DNA of 64,000 nt from Hydrolagus colliei (GCA_035084275.1 CM068743.1:18538001-18602000); one strand, 5' to 3'. Counted from the stretch's first letter, positions 51,263-63,900 are shown. Notes: generated from the letters alone by a model not told the origin. Program-made: numbers and translations.

Positions 51263-51450
51263 ATAATAATAATAATAATCCTTGCATTTGATATAGCGCT
51301 TTTCACATCTTATCAACATCTCAAAGCGCTTCACAGACTATACTGTAAAGTGAAATTGACTATATATTTGTGGGCAAAACGCAGCAGCCAATTGCGCACA
51401 GCAGTGTCCCACAAACAGTCATGGATTGAAATGACCAATTTTATTCTTGT
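51263..51450 (-). mobile_element. SINE 3' half
   Basis: (AAT)n CCTTGCATTTGATATAGCGC plus family body. Confidence 0.88.
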
Positions 51451-52320
51451 GTTTTTTTGGCGTGTACATATACTTTTAGGTGTGTACATATACTTTTCCC
51501 AGAGAGCAAGTGTTGGCTGTGATTCAGTTCTCACTAATATTTTCCAGCTTTTTTTTTTGGTGTGGGGAGGGGTATCATTGGATAGAGGAGACCAGGGATC
51601 AGGACAATAACAACATTACACTTATTACACCCTGCCCTTCTTCACTGAGGATAGCCTCTCAGAGTACTGCACAGTGGTAAGGGAGAGGGTACTTTGATGA
51701 CAGATTGTTCTTATAATGGGATTCAAAGGCAGATAAAGGGGAGGTGACAGCGAGGGATTTCAGGAGATTAGGGGCATACTGACCAAAGCTACAGCAAGCA
51801 ATGGCAAGAATGGGTGGGGGAACACGCAGCGGGCCAAAACCCTGGCCGATTTGCCTCTGCCTTTTCCAAGGGCAATAAGGTCAGTTGTAGAGTTCATATT
51901 GCTGTCCTGGATAAGATTCAGCCTAGATCAGGGATTGAACCTGTGTGTTCCTGATCTGTGTGGCTCAGTTACAACTTTACAGACAGGGTTGTTGGGTGGG
52001 GGGAAACTTAGGGTAGCTTATAGGAGATGTCTGGAAGACCATAGCAATATCAAATGCAAGTAAGGATTATTATTAAAACAATGAGTGCGTAATGAATTAT
52101 TCACCCTACATCCCCACCACACACACACATACACACACATTTGCCCTGCAGAAGTTAACATCACTGTGTGAGACAGCACTGCCCTTCAGATCAGCTGAGT
52201 TTCTGAATAATAAATAAAAGAATGAACAGGATCTAGTGTTGGAGGTGCAGCAGGCATTGATCCGAAACAGGTAGAAAATGAGCTCTGTTATAATGTGTTG
52301 TATTCTCTTCTGATTTATAG

Positions 52321-52451
52321 TGGGCTAGAGAAATCTATAGAAGAGCTGAAAAAGGACTGCATGTCAGCCCAGCAAAAGGTCACTCTGAAGGATGTAGAGG
52401 AAGGTGCAGTTGCTTTGCGCCACGTGGGAGAATCGCTAGCAGGACTTAAAG
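52321..52451 (+). CDS. KIAA1217: KIAA1217 exon F (GLEKSIEELKKD...VTLKDVEEGAVALRHVGESLAGLK)
   Basis: ctcttctgatttatag acceptor and AAG|gtaac donor. Phase 2 to 1, within ORF 52295..52510. Confidence 0.95.
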
Positions 52452-52594
52452 GTAACGCACTTCAATCATTATCACAAATAAGAACTGTTATTGCAAGGCT
52501 TAAAAAATAGTTGATCACTCAATCCACTACTCTTCGTTGGACACTGCTGCTCGCCATTGGCCATTGGTTGAGAAGTCTCAATAACGTGACATGT

Positions 52595-53125
52595 CACTAT
52601 ATTATGGAAACTCCCTCCTTGTTGGCTTTCCCAGCTCTTCCCTTCACAATCTGCAGATCATCCAGAACTCTGCAGCTCGTGTCCTCTACTGCACTAGACT
52701 CCGCGACCCCACCACTACCACCCTCACCCAGGAGAATTGGCTCTCCATCCACCAGAGGATCGAATTCAAGATCCTCGTCCTCACTTTCAAGGCCATTCAC
52801 AGCCTTGCCCCTTCCTGTCTCTCTGACCTGCTGTCCCCCTATCAACCTGCCCGCCCACTCCGTTCAGCGGACTCTGGTCTGCCCCATGTCTCCCACCTGA
52901 CCCGCCCTACCATCGGTGGACGGGCTTTCAGTCTCTCTGCCCCCACACTCTGGAACTCCATCCCACAGACCCTTTGCCTCGCTTCCTCCCTTGCCTCCTT
53001 CAAGACCGGTCTCAAGACACTCCTTTTCGATTGTGCCTTCAGCTGTCCTCCACCTCTCTCTCTACCCTGCCCCTCCTCTGTGCTCAGGACCCGAGCCCTG
53101 ACTGTTCAGCGCTTTGTGAGCCAGT
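52595..53125 (+). mobile_element. L2 LINE 3' fragment with open frame
   Basis: YGNSLLVG...IQNSAARVL...WLSIHQRIEFKIL...GGRAFS...LWNSIP...LKTLLF (ORF 52591..53127). Confidence 0.92.
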
Positions 53126-54001
53126 AACTAATGTAACTAAGTCATAATAGCAGGACCCCATGCAATTGAATGGGTTGTGTGTGCCTAATGTGGCCACCGA
53201 GCAGGTTTCATACAGAACAGCACCATGATCAGCAGCTCCGCTGACACAATGTAGGATCAGTTAAGTGGAGAAGGAACCAAACTGGTAAATGCTACAGCTG
53301 TTCCCAAACTGCACATGTTGGCCAATTTGGGGCTTGAAGTCACAGCCCAGACTTTCACTCCAATGCAGCGCCATTGCAGCGCTGGGGAAGCGTTCCATTG
53401 TCCAATATCCTGTTTGGGTGGACGCTAAAGAAGCATTTCACTAGTTCAAAAAGAGAAGGATGTTTTTTTTCCCAGCTTCCTGGGCAACAACCCCTGGATT
53501 TATTGACCGTGACTGTTGCTGTTCATTGCCTAGTTGTGTTTGCCTGGGGGTAACGTTACCACACTTAACAGTAAATTACCTTTGGGATGTGATAAGGCGA
53601 TATAAAAATAAAAGCTCTTTCACTTTATGTGCATTACTTTATTTACTTTGCATCAAACAACGAGATCCTCCGTGATCATTCCAAGGGAGTTTCGGTTCCT
53701 CAGGTGTATTGGTATAACAGCCAGGGACATCCTGCTATTGCTAATGACCGATTATGATCAAGATATTCAAGGAAAGGGAAATATAATGTGATTGAAATAT
53801 TTTCATAAATAACACAGATCTGAGAAATTAGAACGAATAGTTTACCATTGAGGTGTCACGGCCTAGGAAGCCTCCACTTGTATCCGCAAATTGATTCTTG
53901 TTTTGCACGCTGCACTCCGAACCCGTGCATGGATTGAGTCCATCCAAAGTGCATTCTGATGTTTGACACATGCTCACCCGAGTTTGTGTGTGTGTTTGCA
54001 G

Positions 54002-54149
54002 CTGAGTTCCCACCTCTGCAGAACAAGATGCGGGCAGTGCTGCGAGTAGAGGTGGAAGCAGTGAAGTTCTTGAAGGAGGAGCCTCACAAGTTGGAGAGTC
54101 TGCTGAAAAGAGTCAAAAGTATGACTGATCTGCTGACTGGTTTAAGAAG
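54002..54149 (+). CDS. KIAA1217: KIAA1217 exon G (EFPPLQNKMRAVLRVEVEAVKFLKEEPHKLESLLKRV...)
   Basis: tgtttgcag acceptor and AG|gtaat donor. Phase 1 to 2, highly conserved family peptide. Confidence 0.96.
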
Positions 54150-54344
54150 GTAATTTTCACTTCAGTGTCATCTTTCCACGTGTTGTGTATTAGAACATAG
54201 GAATTACTAGACGAAAGAAGACCAAAGTATATCCAGTTTGCCTCCCACCGTCCTGTCAGTTGCATGCACGTGCCACGTCCCAAACTATATACTGTATCCC
54301 ACAATATTATTTCCCAAAAGAAATCTATCTAATTTGCTTTAGAT

Positions 54345-54494
54345 AAATTTCTTAATTTAAAAAAAATCAAAAAGAAACAATCACCAAATTCACCCACCCC
54401 TCCACAACCATTTGAAATATTAAACATAGTTTGTGAAATGTAACAGTGAATTTGGTGATTGTTTCTTTTTGATTTTTTTTAAATTAAGAAATTT
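54345..54494. repeat. perfect 49-bp inverted repeat with 52-nt spacer
   Basis: 54345-54393 is the exact reverse complement of 54446-54494. Confidence 0.95.
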
Positions 54495-55253
54495 GTCAGA
54501 AATCCCACAATTGTATGCAGTGACCAGCCATCAACCCCTTTGTTAGGAGGATTTAGTCAATGAAAAGCATTGCTGTTCTCTTAGCTGTTTATTGCTGCTG
54601 CGATGAGAAAGCAGCCCTTTGTGAATGCCCCTCTCTCCAAATGGACTTTTTAAGTTGTTATAGCTGAGTTGCACTTGAGGCAATGGATTTAACAATCGAA
54701 CCACTAGTGGCATTCAGAGTTGTAACATTTCAATCAAACCTAAAGCTCAATGTTAGACTTCAGGGGATGAGAGGAATCCATCTGAATCACCATTAAACAT
54801 TTATTATAACCTAATCCTAAAGACATAAAGAAATTGATATTGTGCACGTTAATCTTCTGTTTGCCTCCTGCATTTCAATACAATTTCAACCTGTGAGTTT
54901 CGCCCTGTTTATTGCTTTTATGGAAATTTGCTGAACAGTGATTTTTTCAGAAATCTGTTCCTGAGCATCAGGATGAGTGTGTGTGGGTGGGGGATTGGGG
55001 AGCTCTCTTTGCAGCTGAACTAGCTGTAGAATGACATGCTTGACATGCTTGACAAGAGAATTGAGCCAGCCCTCTGCTGTGGTGGTCTCGGTGGTCCTGC
55101 TCCTGAGCTAGACTGGTTCCTGAGCCAGGCAGCACCCCAGGGCACTGCTGATGACAGCACAGGCCGCCTGGCTCATCAGCAGGACTTGGATAGACAGAGT
55201 GGTAAAGGAGGGTCCGTCTGAATGGCCTGTTTCATTGCTGTGGATTCTATATA

Positions 55254-55890
55254 AAGTAAAAAGCCTGTTTATCCGTGACCCAATCAACCGTAACTGCCGT
55301 ATAGGAACATAAGAACATAAGAATTAGGAGCAGGAATAGGCCATTCAGCCCCTCGAGCCTGCTACGCCATTCAATAAGATCATGGCTGATCTTCTCACCT
55401 AACTCTGATTACCTGTATAACTGGCATCTCAAAAAAAAGGTCCCCATTCGAACGGCACAAGCGCGGTGGGGCATTTTTTTCCCCTCGTATCGGTATTTCG
55501 GAATGCTGTTACTAGCATGAAGGTGGCGCTGACATTTTTTTCCCTCACATCAGTATTTTGGCTTGCCGCTGGTAGAGCCTTAAGTCTTGCTGCCGTTTTT
55601 TTCCCTCACGTCGGCCATTGTAGAAGATAGATTGTACACCTCTTTCCCAGCATCATGGCTTCAAACCAGGCATCTACCAGCAAAAGAGATTTTTAGGTAA
55701 ATTTCTAGGTGAATAACAAAGGTCTGTTATTATCTGTCATTATTTAGTCTATTATTAATATGGTATGTGTTAAAATAAGCTAATTTTTTTTGTGTTGGGT
55801 TTTCGGCGTCGGATCCGCCCGAATATCCGGCATTCTGTTTAACCGGCATTGGCCAGGTCCCGAGGGTGCCGGATAAATGGGCTTTTACTG
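55254..55890. mobile_element. Tigger/pogo-like MITE family X, long copy with nested CR1 tail
   Basis: Same TIRs and TA flanks, plus extra internal sequence with three TTTTTTCCCTC repeats. Confidence 0.85.
55304..55414 (-). mobile_element. CR1 3'-end fragment inserted in MITE
   Basis: Highly similar to 1564-1660, flanked by GTATA direct repeats. Confidence 0.85.
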
Positions 55891-56205
55891 TAATTCAAAG
55901 TAATTAGTCAATTCACTTTAATAATAATGATTATCATATATTACTGTACAGTATATTCTGCGAAGCACTTGCAAAAACCTCAAAAACATGATATGGCGCT
56001 ATATCAAATGCAATAATTTCCACTGCAAGTATCTAACTGCCTTTTACTTTAAGACCGTAATCGATTTATCCTCCTTCCGCTCAGCTCCTGCCTCACGCCC
56101 TCACCCTGTCCACCCCACCATTGGAAGTCAGTCTTTCAGCTCATTTGCCCCCCACTCTCTGGAACTCCAACCCGGAATCACTTGGGCTCATCCTTTTATT
56201 ACCTC

Positions 56206-56530
56206 GTAGCTCAGTGGTTAGAGCACCTGCCTTACAAGTGTGAGACCTGTGTTGGAATCCAGGCAGATCAGGGCAAAACCTTCGGCAAGTTTCCTTGCTC
56301 CACACACCTAATAATAATCTGTCAAAAAAAAACAGAATAATAAAATTGGTCATTTCAATCCACGACTGTTTGTGGGACACTGCTGTGCGCAGTTGGCTGT
56401 TGCATTTCACCCACAAATATAACCAAATCAACTATACTGTCAATTCACTTTACAGTATATTCTGTGAAGCGCTTTGAGACGACGATAAGATGTGAAAAGC
56501 GCTATATCAAATGCAAGGATTATTATTATT
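56206..56530 (+). mobile_element. tRNA-derived SINE inserted in an L2 3' fragment
   Basis: Family head and tail, with L2 sequence on both sides (~56050-56200 and ~56531-56700). Confidence 0.88.
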
Positions 56531-56759
56531 GTTGGGCTACCTCAAGGCCTTCCTCTTCACTCATCTTCCTCATCTCTACCCCCTCCCTTGGCTCCTGAAT
56601 CCAATCCCCAGCTCAAGTGCAAACAGTCAACTATTCAACATATTGTGCACATCCTCCCATTGTGAAAGGTGTTATATAAATGCAATTTGTTTGTTTGTTT
56701 GTTCTCGTTTATGGCTTTCTGGAGCATTGCCTGATACTGGAAATACACAAGTCAATGTG

Positions 56760-57020
56760 CTTTGCAACCTTTCTTGCCATTCCACCATTGGTGGCTGCGC
56801 TCTCAACCACTACGCCCTAAAACTCTGTAACACTCCTACTCTAACCCTCCACTTTGCCCCTTTCTTTCACGTCTTAAGGTCATACCTGAAGACCTTCTTA
56901 TTCAACTGTGCCTACGGTCCCCTACCCCCCTCCCCGGCTCGGAGTCGAGCTCCACTACTGGCAGGCGCTCTGGGACACTATCATATGTGAGAGTGCTTTA
57001 TAAAATGCAAGTTGTTGGTG
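56760..57020 (+). mobile_element. L2 3' end
   Basis: STIGGCAL..LKTFLFN and tail TATAAAATGCAAGTTGTTG. Confidence 0.72.
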
Positions 57021-57153
57021 TACAGAAAAAAGAACCTCCTGTGAAGTGCTTATATCAAATACGAGGAATATGATTATTAAATGGAAAATTCATCCTGAAC
57101 TCAATCCATTTGCTTTAATTATAAGATCAACTTGTTTGTTTGTTTGTTTGCAG

Positions 57154-57688
57154 GCTGGTAACAGAAGGCCTAGGGAGAGGAACAGAATCCACACAGTCGT
57201 TAGACCATCCACCCACTGTTGTGGAATCAGAAATGCCCAAAGAGGCTCCTTTCCAAGCTGTGGAGCAGGTGACCGCACGCTATGCGTCTCTCGCTCAGGC
57301 ACCTCCTGCCGCATTCCTTGAGACACAGAATTCCCTGGTGAAGTCAGAGGCTCCCATGGTCGTCCATCACATCCAGAGCTCCCCTGTGCTGATCCAGCCT
57401 TCCCACCACTCTTCAATGTTGGTTCACCCTTCACAGAGTCCTCCCGGAATCCCAAAGCAAGCTCACAATGTCTCGGCCACGGTTCAGCCTCAGACACTGT
57501 CTTCCTTGGCTGTTATAAAGCAATCACAGGAATCCATAGAAAGGGTACCTCAAACCCAGAGTTCTCAAGCTCTCCAGCCTCTGAGCCCCACATCCACAGC
57601 GCAGTCTCCGTCTACCCAGAACCTCTTTATTGACGAGATTCACGCTGCAAGTGCTAAAAAAAGCATCCATCGAAAAATGAGTTTGGAG
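57154..57688 (+). CDS. KIAA1217: KIAA1217 exon H (LVTEGL...QSSPVLIQPS...NLFIDEIH...MSLE)
   Basis: (ttgt)n-cag acceptor and GAG|gtagc donor. Phase 2 to 0, within ORF 57140..57706. Confidence 0.93.
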
Positions 57689-57810
57689 GTAGCGTTTTAC
57701 TTTTGATTCCAGTCACTTTTGCTGTAAATCATTTTGCCCCATTTTGAGAGGCCCGTGACCTAGATCAAATTGATGTGAATTATCCGGGTTTGATTTGCGT
57801 TAAATTGCAG

Positions 57811-57991
57811 GCCGCGGAGAGAGAGTGGGAAGAGAAGAGACACAACATTAATCAGTACGACGGGAGGGAGTTTGAACGGCTCCTGGAAGAAGCGCAGGCC
57901 AATTTGATGAAAGCAATTCCCAGTCTGGAAGTGGAACCCGAGCAGAAGACAATCCAGAAACCAGATGAGGCTGACGGATTCAAACAACTAG
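57811..57991 (+). CDS. KIAA1217: KIAA1217 exon I (AAEREWEEKR...EFERLLEEAQANLMKAIPSL...)
   Basis: aaattgcag acceptor and TAG|gtgtg donor. Phase 0 to 1, follows a 122-nt intron. Confidence 0.93.
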
Positions 57992-59161
57992 GTGTGCTGT
58001 GTTTTCTCTGTGCTTGTGATCAATACAGTTCAAGCACAATACATGTTTTCATGTCGGGAGGAAGTCACGGGCACTTAACAATAATAGCTTGTGAAGAGAG
58101 CAGGGAAGGGCAAAAGCCTTTTCTTTACTCAGTACTAAACCCTTGATGTGTTTGTGAATGAAACAATTGGTGGCAGGTGGTCTGGGTAGTGAGGTGAGAC
58201 AGAATACAGAGCTCCCCTAGCTACATGTGCAGCTGTTAATCTGACCACACTGGAGAGTGACTGAGAGTGGGCTAAACTTACATCGCTTCCCCTTCACAGC
58301 TGCTCTCACAAGATTGGTTTGGTTAAAGAAAGCCATTCGGTCCATTTGATCTCCAGATTACCAGCTCTACAGTCCGTTTCCCACAGCATTAAGCTGGTTT
58401 TATTTTTAAAAATTGGTCTAGTTTCCTGGTAATCTATTCCCATCATTAGTTGCCCTTTGTGTAAATAAATACTTCCTGGTATCTGTTCTGAAATAGTTGC
58501 TTGCAACCCTAAATTAGTGTCCCCTTGTTCTGCGTCCTGAAATACTTCCCACACATTGAGGAAGTCACAGTGCAGCGAATTGTAGGCATAAAGCAAGGTC
58601 TTATCCAACCCAGCACATTGGAAGAATATTAAAACCACCATCATGGTTAAAACCCAAACCAATGACCCGTGATTACTGCTGCATCTTATTCCAAGCACCA
58701 GCCCTACAACCCAGCACCAATGGGCCTTGGTGAGGGCCACCAGCACAGATGCTTGTGATGCTCTAACAATAACCCTGAGGCTCCCTCCGCTATGTTGGTA
58801 ACTATTTTGCACAGGTGTTTTAACTACATTAGAAATGATTCAGTTGGATAGCGCCAACCATTTGCTTTCTGTGGTTTGCACTATGGTAAATGTTCGAGTC
58901 AGCTGATATTCTGCCCAGTTTAGTTGAGATGATTACACTGTGAGCCCAAGCATTGCACAAAGAGTGGGCCATCAAATTGTTCCAAATACGCGTTGGCTGA
59001 GTGAACCATCACTAGAATTGTAAATGGTTGCAGTTCAGTTTAAATTGCAGCTTTGGTCCCGAGCCGTAGGTGACGGCCCTGCTTTCTTTAATTTGACACC
59101 TGTGTGTGCCAGAACCAGATTGAGTTTGAAGCAACGGCATAATCTGGATTGTTCCTTGCAG

Positions 59162-59313
59162 AGGAGATGCCGCCTGAAAAAGGAACCGAAAAACCCATGA
59201 AGTCACCTCCTCCGCCACCTCCACGCCGGTCCTACCCTCCGGGCTCCGGCCTGACCACTGCCAGATCAGGGGAGGTGGTCGTGACTGCCAAGAAAGACAT
59301 CGTTGCCATTACA
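59162..59313 (+). CDS. KIAA1217: KIAA1217 exon J (KSPPPPPPRRSYPPGSGLTTARSGEVV), proline-rich motif
   Basis: ttccttgcag acceptor and ACA|gtaggt donor. Phase 1 to 0, matching the next exon. Confidence 0.93.
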
Positions 59314-60119
59314 GTAGGTGTTTGCTTCTGAACGTCAACTGAATGGTTCACACAGTTTGACAACCAAAATAGGCCAGACAAGTATCCACGATACCCACAG
59401 AAGAACAGTCTCAGGTCTATTTGAAGTGCTTTGAGACGCCAGGTCATGATCAGCTGTTTTATTAAATGCAAGGTTTATTATTATACACTGACATTTCTTA
59501 TGATATGCTGCTACATTTTTTTCAGCCAGAGATCCCATTGTTGACCTGTTCCCAGGCTTCTATATATCCCCCTCTAAAACCTGCTGCAGGGAAACACCTC
59601 TCAAAAAGACCCTATATATTTATTCTCGCTTGTGTTTTTTGGACAACTATTTCACTTTAGGGCTTCCCTCACCTGCACCCCCGAGATTGGGACCTCCCAC
59701 TTGTGTGGGATTTCAGAATCAGTGAAGAATTATCGCAACAACAATGGCGCTATACAAATTACATTTGTATAGCGCCTTTCATGTCAAAAGGAGGTCCCAA
59801 GGTGCTGAACACTATGACTTTTAGCACTTATTCTGTTCTCTTATCACTAGCTACCTTCTGCTATCCCAACCATTCTTCAAGCATTTTCTATCTTCTCATG
59901 ACTCTGTCATATCCACACTCTTTCTGTCTGTACTTCCCAACTCAAATCCTTCCTCTTTGAACGTGCCTATGATCGTCTTCCCCCCCCCCCCCCCCGGCCC
60001 TGTTTCTAATGCTCCCCTTTAAAGTATTCCAAAATGGTAACCTATCTGAAGAGCACTATACAAACACAAGTTGTTGTTGTAAGGTGTGTTGGATAAAAGC
60101 ATGCTGTGTTCCTGTTTAG

Positions 60120-60269
60120 ACTGATGAAGAGAACAGCCCAGTACAACCACCAAAGTCACCGAAAAGTCCATTGGAGATGAAGGGAAAACTACAGCCTCCA
60201 GCTCCCATAGCAGCCTCAGCCATCAAGGATGATGAGGATGAAGGTGACCGGATAATGGCAGAACTCCAG
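60120..60269 (+). CDS. KIAA1217: KIAA1217 exon K (TDEENSP...SAIKDDEDEGDRIMAELQ)
   Basis: ttcctgtttag acceptor and CAG|gtact donor. 150 nt, phase 0 to 0. D/E-rich EGDRIMAELQ family motif. Not in the ORF track. Confidence 0.93.
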
Positions 60270-60657
60270 GTACTTGTATAAGCAAAGGAGCCCTTTTATT
60301 TTTAGCTTTGCTGTAAGTGTTACCAGACTTCAAGCCCTGACTTACCTGTGTTGGTTAAACTGTGTGTTTATCTATTTCAAACTGGGTTCCTAGCCTTGTT
60401 TTTTTTTTAACCTTCAGAAGGTTTTCATACTAAATAGATGTTTAAATTGTGGTGTTTCTTAGCAGGATTTCTTAATAAGTAATCTGAGTCCTGCTGATTG
60501 TGTCTCCTTCCAGAAATAAATACGTTATGTTGATCTCGACACAGTCACTTCCACTTTTTCGTAATATCCTGTGAAGCGCTTTGAGACACTTTAAAAAGCT
60601 GTATTAAATGCAAGGATTATTATTATTCTTATCTCCACTCTGACTGATTTATTTCTG

Positions 60658-60998
60658 TAGTTCTGTAGCTCAATTGTTAGAGCACTCGCCTCACAAACTT
60701 TGGGCAAGTTTCCTTGTTCCATACGCTTCTGTTTACCAAGCAGTATTTAGGAAGCCAGTTGTTAGTTGATTGGTGAATCGCTTTTCTGGGGGTAATAATT
60801 CCTCCAAAAAGAACAATTGATCACTTCAATTAAAACTGTTTGTGGAACACTGCTATGTGCAATTGACTGCTGGGTTTCGCCCACAAAATATACAGTCAAT
60901 TCACTTTACAGTATATTCCGTGAAGTGCTTTGAGACGTCTTGAAGCTGTGATAAGACGTTATATAAAATGCAAAGATTATTATCATTATTATTATCAT
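60658..60998 (+). mobile_element. tRNA-derived SINE (long variant), B box deleted
   Basis: Head, extra internal GTTTACCAAGCAGT...GATTGGTGAATCGC segment, and tail. Confidence 0.85.
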
Positions 60999-63900
60999 AG
61001 CAGAGTTTCAGCCCGTCATTGGGAATTCTGTTGAGATTCTTCGCTGAGAAAAATCTAGTCAAGAAAAAAATCATGAACTAGATAGAGCTTGTTCTGAAAG
61101 CAGAATTCTCAGTTATTCAAAAGCCATCACAATGGGGGCAAGAACAGGAACAATACTGCAGTGTTGAGCTGGAGACTAGGTCATTATACCCTGGTATCAC
61201 CATGTTCCCCGTCCCCAGCTTTATTTGAAAGTAACTAGCAGTCACAACGAGGCAATTTCCAAATGGGGACACAGATGTCACTGTATCTTTCCTTAGCTGA
61301 GCAGAAGCAAGCCTTTTAAAGGATGAAATGCTCATTTTTGCTGTGCACTTACTGACAGTAATGACTTAGTGTAAATGTATATTCTTTTGAAACCTTTCGG
61401 AATGTGCTGCAGTGAGGATTCAGAGTTAAACGTGACAATTGTGGATGTGGTGTCTGCTAAAGGGAACGGCAACTATATGTTCAAACAAGCGAGCTGTCAT
61501 TGGGGACAACAAGTTAAAGAGGTGCTTCCTATGGTCGTTGTTTGTGACAGAGGTCAAAGTGAGCTCTTTGCCCCGTTCACCTAATTTGCCCCAACCCCTC
61601 AGTGCTCACCCCCAGCTTAAATGCAAAACCTGGAACATTCTCCCGCCATGGAAGCTTCTATATAACTGTAAATTTGCATTGAGTTGTCAGAGGCTAGGTG
61701 TGTTTTACATAGTCCTGTGTATGAAGTGGGGTGGGTGGGCAGGGATGGAATGAGACACTGCAGAAAAAATAAAACCTGCAAATGGATCTTTAATATTACC
61801 ATTATTTCGGTGCTGCCACCGGTTCTGTCACAATCTCCCCTGGAGTGTGTAATAAATCTAATAATCTATTAGATTTTAATAAACTGTATTAAAAACATAC
61901 TACCACAGAAGCACCTCTCCAGCCCCCACTGGCTGAGTTTGACCCCTTTCACGCTGCAGCGGGGATTGTGGCAGAAATGAACGCTTAGTGGATTTAAGCA
62001 GTGGAGAAGCAGACGAGAAAGAAAGTCTGGCTCTGGATTCTCAAGCTGAGAAAACCTTTACGCTTAATAATCCATGTAACGTGACGTGTGAAAGGATGTC
62101 TTGGTCGAGAGCATTTGTTGCGGGCCACATTTGGATGGGAAGAGCGCATTAGCTAGGGGTTTGAAAGGATGCCCAGTGTAAACATGTTTGTCAGCTGGTG
62201 ATTTGATCGCCCAAATCTCAACGCCTTCATGAATTATTAACATGTAGGTTTAACAAACTTCTTTTCTCTCTTTCCACTTTGTTCTTCCCGGTGACACATG
62301 TGCTGCGACGTGTTTGACGAGTGACATTTGCTGTTTAACATGACAACGAAAGCGCAGACTTCCATTTCAATGCAGTATTGTGAAATGCCTGTCAACCCGA
62401 TTTACCTGCACTGAACTTGCAGTGAATTGCCTGATGTGAAAAGGCAATTTTCAGCACCTGTTGCGTTGTGCGCCTTTCTTTAGGCTGATGGCAGAAACAG
62501 TCCGTTTGTCTGGCTGACCGAGTGTGTTTGGAAGTGAATGTACAAGGTGCATAATACGCAGCAGGGTGACCTTCCACAATGACTGAGAGAGCCAAATTGT
62601 CATTTGAACAGTTTCAATCGGCTTTTTTGTGGTCCACTCGGAGATATCTCCAGTGAAAGATCGTGGTTAATCGAGTTAACTTCGCAAGCAATGTGGACTG
62701 AAAACCTATGAGCAGCGTTTAATTTACATTGAAGCGTCCATGCTAGTTTTATTTGGGTGATTTGCAAACAAAAAGAGGCTCGTACAGTTCAATGTTACCA
62801 CGGTTGAACCTCATGATTCAGTTGCCTGTAGCTTCTCATGAACTTAGGCTTAAAACCGTTGTATTAAAATGTTAGACTCAATAGAATTAATAAGATTTAT
62901 AGTTACACAGTGCTTGTCACGTCGGGAAAATGGCTCAAAGCACCTAATAATTTTCCACTAATCCGCGTGAGTTTAAGTTTTACTTTCCCTTTGGCAGCAT
63001 TATTTTCTGGTCATTCTATATTCACAATTGTGGAAAAATCAAAAATCAAAACTTAATTATAGAATTTTTGAAAATTTTGCAGGATCTTAAATTTGTAACA
63101 CAGTGGTCTTCAGGCTATGACTTAGCATGTTTTGGGACTCAGGAATGGCATTCTGTGCTGTTAACTAGTTTGAGCGAAAAATTATGGTGGGGTGCTACAT
63201 TGGCCTGGGGTCAGGGAGGAGAAACATGAGTGAGAATTTCACCAGGTGCTAGAAGTACATGTGTGTGAATCTCCTTTGAGACAGGTGTGAATTTGGCTGC
63301 AATGTTTGTCAACAATGACAGCTGGCATATATATATATATGTGTGTGTGTGTGTGTATTATACATATATATCACAGAGCAATTCTTATGATGGGATCAGA
63401 TGCCAAGCAGTGCAGATGGGAGAAAGGGGGAGGTGACCAGAGGCACAGGTGAAGAAGTAGGTTTTAAGAGCGGATTTAAAGCAGAAAGACAAATTAAGGG
63501 CGAGACAAGATTCAAGAGTGGAGGGAAGAGGTTCCAGAGATTATGGTGGTGCAAAAGAGCGGGGTGGACGTGTGGGCAGGGTGAGCCGTGGACAGAGCAA
63601 TGGGGTAGAAGGAGATCAGAGAGATAAGGGCATGGAAGGCGTTATAGGAAAGGCTGAATAGCTTGTCTAGTCTGCCAAGCCTTGATTCCAGCCACAGAGA
63701 GGAAGAAGGGCCACTGGAAGGCAGCCAGTGTTGAGAAAATCATGTCCCAGTGTGAGTCAGCGCTGGGCTGGTGGGGTTGGGGGGAGGGCGGTGGGGGGAA
63801 GGAGGGGACAATATTCTGTTTCGTAAATGCCCAGTGCCTGTATGAAGTTATGGGGCTGGATCAGCACTTTTCATGGTGGGAATACAAGGTCAACAAGCGG

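Noticed and set aside
7974-60269. Assignment to SRCIN1/p140Cap
   Set aside because: Family motifs are shared, but MQRE..YA, SRKY...GSKTPP, QSSPVLIQPS, LFIDEIH and EFERLLEEAQAN fit KIAA1217 better by recall. A phylogeny would settle it.
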